A stretch of 55,401 nucleotides of DNA, the filler included, from Asterionella formosa (Eukaryota), in assembly GCA_002256025.1 (NCBI GenBank). It is 5 parts of 5 records of this genome, joined end to end, with 100 filler letters (N's around TTAATTAATTAA, not from the genome) between each part and the next. Parts side by side here need not be neighbours in the genome. Positions count along the whole stretch, not along the records: positions 33,318 to 44,314 come from NKIB01008925.1; positions 44,415 to 55,401 come from NKIB01008933.1; 3 more parts are not named here. One strand, 5' to 3'. The notes beneath the pieces were generated by a model that was not told the origin of the DNA, made no database searches, and saw nothing but the letters and a program-made list of their open reading frames with translations. Shown piece by piece: positions 35,903 to 47,135 of the stretch. The first letter of the stretch is position 1. Each line of letters starts with the position of its first letter. The position numbers and the translations under genes are program-made.

Positions 35903-36385
35903 ATGACAAACTTGAGTTCCCTGCCTCTACTTCTTTCTTTGAAAAAATGGACTTCTGCTGTCGACAGCGTTCGGGAAAAGCCAGAAAGGGCAAGAGAGAT
36001 GGATACTTTTGGGCTCCTCCCTATTCACCGGGCCTGCGAAGGCGGTGCTCCATTGGAGCTAATAGAGATGTTGATTATAGCTTTTCCTGAATCAATCCGT
36101 ATCAGCAGTTCCGTTGCTGGTGGCTCCACGCCTCTTGAATTTGCATTGAAGGCATACCCCAGGGGCAGCCCAGTCATATCCTTGCTGCAGCAGACTAATA
36201 ACGAAATGAATACTGACGTGAAGGTCCCAGAATTGAAAAAGACTGTTCATTCAAAGTTGGTAGGAAAAGTCCAAGATGCTGCGATACATGCCATGGCTGG
36301 TTACGCGGTAAAAACTCTTTTCCAGTATGCAACTTCGGAGTGCTCGGATCAGGAGTACTCGGATCAGGAGTACTCGGATTACTAG
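35903..36385 (+). CDS. Ankyrin-repeat-like protein
   Basis: W...V...PE.A...D..GLLPIHRAC..GAPLELIEMLI.AFPESI...GSTPLEFA. Confidence 0.75.
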   Translation: MTNLSSLPLLLSLKKWTSAVDSVREKPERAREMDTFGLLPIHRACEGGAPLELIEMLIIAFPESIRISSSVAGGSTPLEFALKAYPRGSPVISLLQQTNNEMNTDVKVPELKKTVHSKLVGKVQDAAIHAMAGYAVKTLFQYATSECSDQEYSDQEYSDY

Positions 36386-37989
36386 TTTTCTTTTCTCAAT
36401 TTTAAGCAATTGTTGGCACCACGATTCCTAAAATACTGGCTGGAAGCATTTGCAAAGAAGACTACCTCACCCCTACGAACATGTAGAGATTCCTTGTGGC
36501 AATATTACTATGATATGGTAATGAAGTATGTAATATACTATGGTTATTGTTATAATCTTTGCAACAAAGTTTCGTAGACAGTATTGTTTGTTAGTTTTTA
36601 TGATTATTGGTTCGCTTTTGGCAACCTAATTTCGAGCACTCATTCGTGTTACTTCAATGGCTGACGTCAGATACTGCAGGGGCCATGTACCGGAAGTCTG
36701 CTAAACTGATCATCATTGTATCAGTTCCACTTAACTTAAATTCAGCATTTGCTTACAATAACCCTTACTCAAAAAGACATAAGTAGATGTACTTACGTTC
36801 TATTGAAAACATTTTGTGTGTTTGTGTGTGTGTGTGTGTGCTATATTTTGACCACTAGCGTTAGTTGCACAGTCAGTATACGACATGTGTTTTCCGCTAC
36901 TACATCTGACCTCATTAGATTCAGCAGATAATACATCATATATCATATATTTAAAGTTTCTCACTTTATCTGATATCCCTAACAGCTCTGACCATTCTAT
37001 TGATGGTGATTTCTGAATTGTGCATCAGAAGTCTGTATCATCCACTCTCCAGTGACTGCTGAGACAGGAACACACATGTTCTGCAAGCTGGACTTGTACC
37101 TAGGGAAGAGTCCTTGCTTTTCTTTTCTCCACCAATTCCACAAGTAATAGGTGTTAACAAGGGGAGCTAAGTCCACTGAATGCATAATTTCTATGATATT
37201 TTCTAAAGTGTATGTAATATGAATATGCACAATTACTTCATCCCCACGATTTAGAAGTTATCTCCTTAAATGAAAATGGAAGTCAAAAAAGAATTGAAAA
37301 TAGCTACTAGGAGTATTTTGTTTTCAATTAATGTATTGTTTTTGAAGAAGCATACGGAAATGTAATTTGCATTAATGTTTTTATTCTCACACTACTATGC
37401 TTTGATCTGTTCTACTGTTTCATTCATCATCGGTCCATCACACTAAGAGTATTTCATATCTTCTTGCGCGTGGTATCATACCTGTATTATAGTTGTTAAA
37501 AAGACACCACACAAGAAGTGGTATCCCAGGTCTACTTTTGAATTAGCACCACCCTTTAGTCATGTTCTTTTGGTGTACATATTTCTATGATATATCCAAA
37601 AGTATGCGTTTTGGTAGGACTTGTTGGTTTTTTGACAGTTAAATAATACAACAGGGGGGGGGTATAAGGCTTTTGAAGATTTGTTCACAAATATGATACA
37701 GAGTACCGGCGAAATAGTTCATTATCTATTCAATTTCCAGGTATATAAAATCATGAAGATTCTTACTTCCTTGCTCAAGGTGCTAAGTTTTCTCCAGATA
37801 TTCCAGAGAATATCTCTGATCAGAAACGTGTCACTGAAACAACAGACACTGCTTTTCTTGTTCAAGAGCAACAGAAGAAACGGTCAAAAACCAAAAAGGA
37901 GCGACACATGCGCCAGTTACCAAAAATATCCACACTTGCAAAAATCAAGACCCAACACTTGTAACAGCACCAGAAATGTATTTTCGAAA

Positions 37990-38450
37990 CTATACTTCGA
38001 AGAAAGTGCTAGATATATCAATAGTCATTTGGAAAGGCAAAGCGATCGTGATATTCCAAAATTGTCATACAGATCTGGGATGAAAGCTTTGTCAAAAATT
38101 TCAGAGCAAGAAATTCCCGGATTACGTCTGTTAACTATTTTTTCATTGGGGGGAATGATGGGTTCAGAGAACATGCAGTGCTTTCATGGTTATGTATATC
38201 TGTCAATGACACTTTATTCATACCGCAGAATACATCAACATGTATTGATATTTTAGAGGAAAGGGTGAAGAGATTTATGTCAGTTACTAAGATTGAGATT
38301 GGTCCCCAACGGGAAATGATATCTCAAATTGGCAAGGATGATGCAGTACCAGTACATACGGGCAAGGTGAAATACTTGATCATAATGTTCGCTCATCCAA
38401 ACTTGCATCTTATCCTGGATCACGGACTTGACATCATTTATAATTTTTAG
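37990..38450 (+). pseudogene. Degenerate DNA-transposase fragment (Plavaka/EnSpm-like)
   Basis: RQSDRDIPKLSYRSG..ALSKIS.QE.PG..LL resembles the QSDR-containing segment of such transposases. Frameshifted. Confidence 0.4.
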
Positions 38451-39719
38451 CAAAAATATAATGCACAAAATGGTTTTTTTCCTCCTCATCTGATCTTTTG
38501 CAATAAACAACAATTAGCACATACAGTAGTTACTGTCATGGTGAGTTGGATGACAATCACCTTGGTATATATACGGTTTGTTATTACCCTTTTCTGGGTT
38601 CTCATCCAGATCAGATATAGTATAACCTTTACATCAGTTGGATGAAGTAGCTTCATGAATTATATAATGGATCATAGAGGTAATTGTTTGAAGGTCCCAA
38701 TATGCAAGATCTTTAAAATCTGAAGATGACTTTTTGATACCACCTTTGACTCCATAAAATACAGAGGCGTAATTGCATATTTCTTGTGGGGTACGTGTGT
38801 ACAAATCTTTCCACAATTTTAGTTGTCCATGCGTTTTCGGCAAACTCAAGGAAAATGCAGTTTGCTTTGGCATAATAACTCTACACATTTCACATGCTGA
38901 CTCTTCACAAAAGTAGGCTAGCTGCCTTCAGGAATATTCTCGATGATTTTACAGAGAAATTCTTTTTCTTCCATGTACTATGATTTGGAAAAAGATTCGA
39001 TTTTTTTCTTCAAACTTCGTTCCCGACTTAGTGCATCAACTGCCTTAGCCAGCATCACATCTCTGTCTGCATTGATCTTCTTGAATTCGAGATCTTGATC
39101 TAGCTCGGACTTTTTCTTAAATATATTGCTTTTCTTTTAGAAATGCAATAGTTTCTCTGCTTTCATTATGTTCATCTTGATGTTCTGGACTAATAGTGAG
39201 ACATCTTTCTTGGTTTTGCAACTTTTCAACCATTTCTACTTCAGAAGTGATGCCTCCCACATTTTCGCCGGTATTTTCATTCATCGCATGAATGTGTTTA
39301 TCAAATGAATGAGAATCACTGAGTTCTTCTTTATTATTAGCGATTTCAGGAGAATGAGGAGCAAAATACGACACTGGATGGAACTGTGACTCTGTAGGAA
39401 TAGAGTCTTCATCCGCGTAGATCAACTGCTTGGGTTTGCTCTTCGAAAGCAATCTTTCCTTCTTCTTTTTAATCTCTGCCACTATTGTGACGATTGGCAT
39501 ACTTCATTATTTTTTCTGGATTATTATGAATCTGTTCAAATTCATCTGTTATTTGCGTGTATTCAAAGGAATCTTCGATTGATTTCATAAGATTCTTCAT
39601 CTTCTTTTCCGAAAACATAAAGTCGTGTAGTGTAAACAATGGAAGTAAGTCACGTTTCTTGTTTGACTGATCCTTTGCATGAAATCCATGAAATGCCATT
39701 TGGAAAGTTGTCAAAGGGC

Positions 39720-40100
39720 CAGAAGACTATGATGTAAAACAGTGGAAGGGAAACGCGGAGCTTTTTGCGGCGCTTGTGGAGGTGCAGCTGGTGTGATGGT
39801 AACCGAGTGTAGTAATTGTTGAACAGAGCACAGCAGTGTAATATGCATGTTCCGCCAGCGTAGTGTTTACACAATACACATGCCGGCGTAAATACAGCTA
39901 TAACAAGGAAAAACGACACAACAATGAACTTGCTGGCTGGTTGTTGAGTATACCGGTATGTGATATGCATTAATCCATATCACAAATCATATTATAGTGA
40001 TGTACATAACAACGCAGATGTACATATCAATGAATCCGTATACTTAGATCCTATACACCATAGAATAATATCATATTAATTGTTGGCTTTTACTGTATAC
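39720..40100 (-). repeat. Dispersed repeat, inverted copy at ~54240-54525
   Basis: Both copies translate as ...LCKHY.GGTCILHC.ALFNN.YTRLPSHQLH.HKR, and the nucleotide match is visible. Confidence 0.85.
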
Positions 40101-40750
40101 ATTTAAAGTCGAATTTATATATAAAGTAACATAATTATGATTGATTGATTTATTTTCTATGATGTATCGATAACATTTGCGTACCTATTTTATCGTATTT
40201 TATTATCATTGTATTATTTTTAACATTATCATATTTTGATCAAAATTATATCATAAACATTTTAAGAAATCATCACAGTTCTACGATCAATGCATCATAG
40301 CTATGTGATATTCTTATGTCATTTTATGGTTATGTATGCATCGATGTAAACCTATTGTGATATCACATTATCATCTTATCAATCATGATGAGATGATTGG
40401 GAACTGTAGTATTCTGCATCGTACTACGGAGTATGATATTGTAACACGCACTTTAGTAGCGAAGTCACTCCTGTAATGTAAACAAGTCGACAGTGCACAT
40501 ACACACACGCTAATCAGGCTTGAGGCAACGGACAAATTACATTACTTTAGCTGGTACATTGTCCTACCAAGAAATTCGAATACAGGAATCTAATAGAAAC
40601 AAAACATATAATAATTAAATATATGTAGTCAAAAGGGTTACTGTTTAAATTACAAGGGCATTTATCAAAATTATTAGATGATATAACGAAAAATTATGAT
40701 CAGATGATCACAATCCTATGATGCAGCCATCATGGAAATATGATAGTTTT

Positions 40751-41125
40751 TTATTTGCAGATGTGAATCAAATCCGATGCCTCGTTGGGCGCATACCTAT
40801 CGTTAAGGTTCTTCCATCCTAAGAAAGCATCGCCATCGATCAGGTCCTTTGTTTTTGCATGAATCACTGACCCAAAAGCGATTCCAGTACAGCTGAGGAT
40901 TAAAAACTGGTAAGCTTTGTTATCGTTATCCTCAAACTTTTTCGCCTCTTCGTCGTGCATCGAAGTCAAACAGACAGCATCTGAGCATGGTTTCGTGTCG
41001 TTGGCATAGACATGGCGAAACCCCTTGTTTTTGGCCAGAGCAAGCGCCTTCACGCTCCACTCATGCCAATGGTTTTCGTCTCCATCAAACTTGATGGTTC
41101 CGACTTTCTCTTCTGCTGTAGTCAT
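40751..41125 (-). mobile_element. Ty1/Copia gag N-terminus, truncated; probable 5' LTR at ~41172-41558
   Basis: KFDGDENHWHEWSVKALALA..KGF...AYQFLILSC..IAF...GDAFLGWKNLNDRYAP. Upstream segment reads TGTCAAATG...TTTAACA. Confidence 0.8.
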
Positions 41126-41577
41126 TCTACTTATCTTTTGCTTTGTAGATACAAAGGCCCGTTTATAAACGTGTTAAAGTATCTGGTACTCTTGAGTAGT
41201 ATACATCTATACTTCACTCTCAGCTAGCCATTTCTCGTGATCTATTTCTAGATCTTTCGTAAACATCAGAAACTCACTTTCTGCTTTACTTTATTGTGGG
41301 CTTTCTACTACTTAGAATAAGCTCCTTCCTAAGATCCATTTTTGATCTTTCAACTTCTACTTCAATCATCTCGTCATCGTCTTTACCAAAACAATACTGT
41401 GATCCCTGGGAGCCACATTTACTATAACACATAGTTGGAGCATAATCATAGTTGCAGTCACTTTTGTGACTCGACTCAAATGATCCCTTCACTATTTGTC
41501 CCCCCGGTACCTGTTACCCTATCCACTATGGGTGCTGGTAGATGATTATCATTTGACACACGCGAACAACTCCTAGA

Positions 41578-42790
41578 GTGCACTTCAAATATTTGCCGAG
41601 CCGCCAGGTCGTATGACACATAAACTGTCGATCAGTGTATAGAGTGTATGCCGGTATATAAAGAGAGATAAACAATCCATATCTATATATTTACCAAATT
41701 CGAAAAGGAATCTATGCACGTACGCGCAAATTTCTAATGATCTGAATATTTCAAATGGAATCATGTCGTTTAAAAATAGTTCATAAAAGTTCTTAGTTCC
41801 AGGGAATTTCGGCAACCCTAAGCAATATTTTAATTTTTGCCTTAGGGTTGGAATCCTAAAATCTCCGGTCCAAAAAATTCCATTGTAAGTGCCTGCTTCC
41901 ACATATATAATATGATTAGTGAACGTGAATTGCATTCCTCTGTTTGATTGGCCTGGTTTGCGAGGTCTTGCAAACCCACGCCGGCCACATTGTATAAACA
42001 TGTAATATTTTCTCGGGTGTACTGACAGTCCGGTTCTGAATTCTCGACGGGTACCAGGGTACCAGGTACTAGTAGATGATCATCATTGGACATACGCATA
42101 CCGCTCCTTCAGTGCACTTTCAAATATTTGCCGAGCCGCCGGGTCGTATACATGACCCATTGTCGTCGATCGGAGTATAGATTGTAGTACTGGTGTATGC
42201 TCATGAAGCGATGTAGAACCTAAATATTTATGTATATATTAAACGATTTGAATATGTCGAACGGATTCAATGCATAGCATATAAAATCGTTAATCGGAGT
42301 ATAGAGTGTCCATGCATATTTGTTGATCGAATCTTTAGCGTATGTCTACACTCAGCGACTAAGAGTGTTAATATATATATTTAGCGATTTTGACAAGGAA
42401 TCTATGTACGTATTCGAAAATTTCCACTGATTTAAATATTTCAAATAGAATCACGTCATTCAAACATAGCTAATTAAATTCTCAATTCCAGGGAATTTTC
42501 GCAACCCTAAGCAATATTATAATTTTCGCCTACCGGTAGGGGTTCAAATCAAGCAACCTTAACCCTAGTTTGGAGAATAAATCGATAGGGGTGTAAAAAC
42601 GGCGTGGAACAGGGAATTTTTTCTGTGTATTCCCAAGATGCAAGTATCTCCCTGAATATTTAAACTAAGTAGAAAATGGCGCCACATTGATAGAGTTCCA
42701 TTTCAAAACGAATGAAGACGTTTGTGTTGTATCTAGCTTGCTCAATGTAGATATAATTTTACTCCCCACCAGAGCACATGTATATACTAG
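41578..42790 (+). repeat. Direct-repeat terminal region of a DNA transposon-like element
   Basis: GTGCACTT(T)CAAATATTTGCCGAGCCGCC at ~41578 and ~42112. GGAATCTATG...TTCCAGGGAATTT..GCAACCCTAAGCAATATT occurs in both copies. Confidence 0.75.
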
Positions 42791-43609
42791 CTACTATATA
42801 GTATACCTCGAGCATGTACTGGTAGTCATCCTGCTTCTATAATGCAATATTGGTTCTCCTCTCCGCAAACATCGAACAACGCAACAATCAACCATGAGTT
42901 CTGTTGGATCTCCCCCAGTGAATGCCAATCCACTTCCATAAAATCATGTTCCGTGACCCACTTTTATTGATCGTGACATTGTCGAATCTGAAGTTGCAGG
43001 CTGTGGGAATCGCATCTTCTGCGAATGCTGTGACTTTGCATGCCCAGAGTGTCAATGTCGATGGGACAAGATGGAGGAGTTAGTTGAACAATAAATGGAA
43101 GCAGACTTGGTTCAGCTTCGACTTGTCGAAGATGTTATCACGTCGGGCCAAGGAAGAAACCTTTTATACAAGTTTCTGGTCAAGACATTCTGTGTTTGTT
43201 CGCTTCTCAAGAATAAGGATCACAAAGAAGAGTACACTGGTTTCCAACCAGTATCTAAAAAGTTTAAACATAGTAGCAAATGACTGTTAGTCATCTATTA
43301 ATTTTATTAGTTTGCTTATATTTGAACATTGTCATCGCATTGCTGAAAATATTCTCAGCCTTTATAACGTTAAAAACCATCAATAAATATTCAAACCTTT
43401 CAATCGTTGGCATTAAAAAATGAAAGAACATAAACTTATTACATGATGAATAGTTTCCAAAATATGAAAGGTTCAGGTACCCGTCTCCGTTCCTCGATTG
43501 CAAATGGTGACAAAGGACACGGCGCACACGCAAAGAGGCGCCTGATGAAACCATTTGGTTTCAAGAAACAAAGAAAATTACAGATACAACAGAAAACACA
43601 CCACCCGTA

Positions 43610-44149
43610 ATGAATCTGAGCGAACATCGTTTATTGTCTGCAGAATCATTGCAGCAGTTTATAGAGAGCAACAGTAGCTGTAGTAAATACAGTGAAAAGT
43701 TGAGATTGCAAGCGTATAATATTGCATACAAAGAAGGAATTGCAGATTTACAAACTTACCTTATCCAAAAATGTAAAGGAAAAAGATCAATAGAAGATAA
43801 ATACAATGAATTCATTGAAAGCCATGATAGTTTCATTGACAGCACAAAGTCATCGGAATCTCCTTCACAGATAACAAGGCTGATTGTTGCCAACAATGTT
43901 AGTCCATTTCTTGGCATTGCTAGCCGAATTTCAATTACCTGTGCACAATGTGATGAAAGAAAGTATATTGAACCTGTAATTTGCAAAAACAAAGAAGGAA
44001 ATTATGAGAAAGGCAATCAATCAGAACACTTTGCAATCAATAACATGTTTGTTCTTGATTGTCACGAAGCAGGAATGAGTCCGGTTGACGCTGATATAAT
44101 ATGCTCGTCCCTTTCTTTACCTTTGCAAATTGGTTACTGGACCAGGTAA
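43610..44149 (+). pseudogene. N-terminal Zn-ribbon region of a Mutator-like/Kolobok-type transposase, truncated
   Basis: C..(Y)...GIASRISITCAQC...FAINNMFVL....GM.......CSSLSLP pattern. Confidence 0.6.
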
Positions 44150-44158
44150 CGTGGTATA

Positions 44159-44314
44159 TAAGAGCATCTCCACCGCATCGACCAAATACCAAAGCCAATT
44201 GCAGTTGAAAATATCAATACACGTCACTTGGTCGAGAAATTTTTTATCAATAGTCGAATTTTTCTTTTTTTTTCCCACCGCATCGACCAAATCTTATATT
44301 AGTCAAATCTCGCG
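44159..44314 (+). mobile_element. PIF/Harbinger (Tourist-like) element terminus
   Basis: TAA followed by GAGCATCTCCA (44162), with subterminal repeat CCACCGCATCGACCAAAT present twice. Runs into the scaffold end. Confidence 0.6.
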
Positions 44315-44936
44315 NNNNNNNNNNNNNNNNNNNNNNNNNNNNNNNNNNNNNNNNNNNNTTAATTAATTAANNNNNNNNNNNNNNNNNNNNNNNNNNNNNN
44401 NNNNNNNNNNNNNNCCCTTCGACGACGATCATCAGCATGTGTTTTGAAATATAAATAGAATACAACTTTTCGGATCAGCCTCATAATTTAGATACCATAA
44501 TCGTCAGCCGCATAATCCACGTGTGATATATATTTAGTGAGCAAATGCAGCATTGACCCATGTGTAATACCCGGTATTATAGTTTGGTCCCATCCTCTAT
44601 TGGCCATCACTTGAAACAAAAACATTCGTTGTGTATTGTTGTCTCTGACTGTCTCTGTCTACTCCCAAACAATGATTGTAAGTACCGGCAGTCCAAATGT
44701 GTTTGGTGTGTTAATAAGCAATGCGAGCGAAAGAAGAATGATCACAGCAACGTTCGCAACTGAAGTTAGCGTGCGCCTTTTTTGTAGTGAAGCGTCCCGG
44801 CTGAATCAGCAAGTTTAGTACCAAGAGCATCAGAATCAGAATCAATAGTATTTACAACTACATTCATTGATTCCCTTACTGCTATTGACTGCGTATCTCA
44901 CATGGCAAATCCTCCTTTGTCGTTTTATGAACTCAG

Positions 44937-46316
44937 TCCACCCTTCTGTCGTCTCGCTCGTCCCTACTCTTGACTCGCAGCAGCGTAGCAGCTCGCTGTT
45001 TCTTTGCGACCGAAGCATTTGATCGAACCAAGGCGCATGTGAACATTGGGACTATCGGACACGTCGATCATGGAAAAACTACCTTGACTCAAGCCATTAC
45101 CAAAGTCTTGTCGGAGAAGGGATGGTGCAAGTCCCTTTCCTATGAAGATATTGACCGTGCTCCAGAAGAAAAGGCGAGAAAGATTACTATCAATACATCA
45201 CATATTGAATATGAAACGGAAACGAGACATTATGGTCATATTGATTGGTAGGTTGATCACAAATGCACCGTGTATGTATATATATATATATATACAAACA
45301 ACTAACCTGAACTGACCTGTACTATGTAAATCAACTCTCACCACACCACACTCAACACCGAACAACAAAACAGTCCCGGCCACGCCGATTATGTCAAAAA
45401 CATGATTACAGGTGCAGCTCAAATGGATGGAGGAATTCTTGTGGTGGCTGCCACCGATGGTCCCATGCCTCAAACTCGCGAACATATTCTTTTGGCAAAA
45501 CAAGTGGGCATTCCAAAGCTTGTTGTCTTTCTCAACAAGTGTGATCTCGTCGATGATGAAGAAATATTGGAACTTGTGGAAATGGAAATTAGAGAATTGC
45601 TGGACTTTTATGAATTCGATGGGGACGAAACACCCATTATTCGGGGATCGGCATTGGCTGCAGCAGAAGGGACGAATGACAAATTGGGAAGAGATGCCAT
45701 TTTGGAACTCATGGCAAGTGTCGATGCCAACATTCCTGAGCCTATTAGAGATCTGGATAAGCCCTTTTTAATGCCGATCGAAGATGTTTTCTCCATTTCG
45801 GGACGTGGAACTGTCGTTACTGGTCGCGTCGAACAGGGATGTATCAACATTGGTGATGAGTTGGAAGTTGTTGGGATGGGTCATAATGCCAAGACTACTT
45901 GCACGGGGGTGGAAATGTTCAAAAAGTTGTTGGACTATGGAATGGCTGGTGACAACATTGGAGCACTATTGCGTGGCCTCAAACGAGAAGATGTCTATCG
46001 TGGTCAAGTCTTGGCAAAACCTGGCTCCATTGCGACTGGGAAACGCTTTGAAGCAGAAGTGTATTGCTTGTCCAAAGAAGAAGGTGGACGTCATACTCCT
46101 TTTTTCAGCAAGTACCGCCCTCAGTTCTTCTTTAGAACAGCCGACATTACTGGAGATTTGCAGCTGAAGGAAGGAACGGAGATGGTCATGCCGGGTGATA
46201 ATGTCACACTTGATGTGGAATTGGTTATCCCTATCGCCATTGAACCGGGGCTTCGATTCAACATGCGTGAAGGAGGGAAGACCGTTGGAACTGGTATTAT
46301 TACCAAGGTTCATTAA
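44937..46316 (+). CDS. TUFM: Elongation factor Tu, nuclear-encoded mitochondrial; start exon unresolved
   Basis: [21 protein letters not shown] across intron 45248-45373, NKCD, and a complete C-terminus. Ser/Arg-rich presequence. In-frame TGA at 44928 implies an upstream exon (acceptor ACTCAG at 44936). Confidence 0.93.
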
Positions 46317-46616
46317 GAACAAACATACAACTCTTTGTCTATAATGTTGTGGATACCCCCATTTCATTGGTTTATTAGGGCAGACAGCATGCTCAGATCT
46401 GGCAGCATCAGTGGGAGGATAATTAGGTTGGTAATTGTCGTGCCACCAGAAATTGAACTGTTAGGGTTTGAGCGACACCCCAGTACCAAAGGAATACGAA
46501 CAAAGCATATCTATAATAGGCATGAGTGAAAAAGCAGGACCTCTTGACTTGTAGAATTATTCTTAGACCCTATCTATACCTGACCTCTCATACTATATAT
46601 CAGCAGCTGCAACAAT

Positions 46617-47135
46617 TCAGTTGTTGGTCATCATGAACGCCCAAAAGTTTTCATGTGCGTTGATCGAGTACGCCGCTCGTCCAACAACCGCCAGAACGAA
46701 CGCGCTCCAAGTAGATACCAAAACTATTTGCTTCTGATTGATGCTCCCGTAGTCAATGGCATATCCTTTCATGCGGTTGAAGGCCCAATCATTTGGATTC
46801 CGCAAATAGGCGTCCATGTTGCCCTGAGCGGTGTTTCGGTCGCAGTCGTCGCCCGCCATGAATTTCAACACAGCTTGCTCGTATTCATCCGGCTTAAAGA
46901 TGCGCTGCAAGGCAGGATTGGGACCCTGACGAAGAAGAGATCCAAGAATGTTGTATCCTGCCGATGGTTCGTCTTGAGGCGACGTGGCAGTCCAACGTTC
47001 GGTAGCTTTGTCGTATTTGGGAGCCATAAACAATGCCTTGCCACTGACCCCTCGTGCGGTTGGCACGAATGCAGTCATGGGAACCAAAAGAAGTACCGGT
47101 AGGAACAAGCTCAAGTTCAGCATCAGTCCCCTCAT
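46617..47135 (-). CDS. Plastid-targeted hypothetical protein with C-terminal TM helix
   Basis: Signal peptide ending MTA-FVP, a transit-like stretch, a globular core (GSLLRQGP...YEQAVLKFMA...AQGNMDAY..NPNDWA), and TM segment IVLVSTWSAFVLAVVG. Confidence 0.75.
   Translation of the reverse strand: MRGLMLNLSLFLPVLLLVPMTAFVPTARGVSGKALFMAPKYDKATERWTATSPQDEPSAGYNILGSLLRQGPNPALQRIFKPDEYEQAVLKFMAGDDCDRNTAQGNMDAYLRNPNDWAFNRMKGYAIDYGSINQKQIVLVSTWSAFVLAVVGRAAYSINAHENFWAFMMTNN

Noticed and set aside
44970..46316. Bacterial or plastid tufA (contamination or HGT)
   Set aside because: It has a spliceosomal intron and an N-terminal presequence, consistent with nuclear-encoded mitochondrial EF-Tu.
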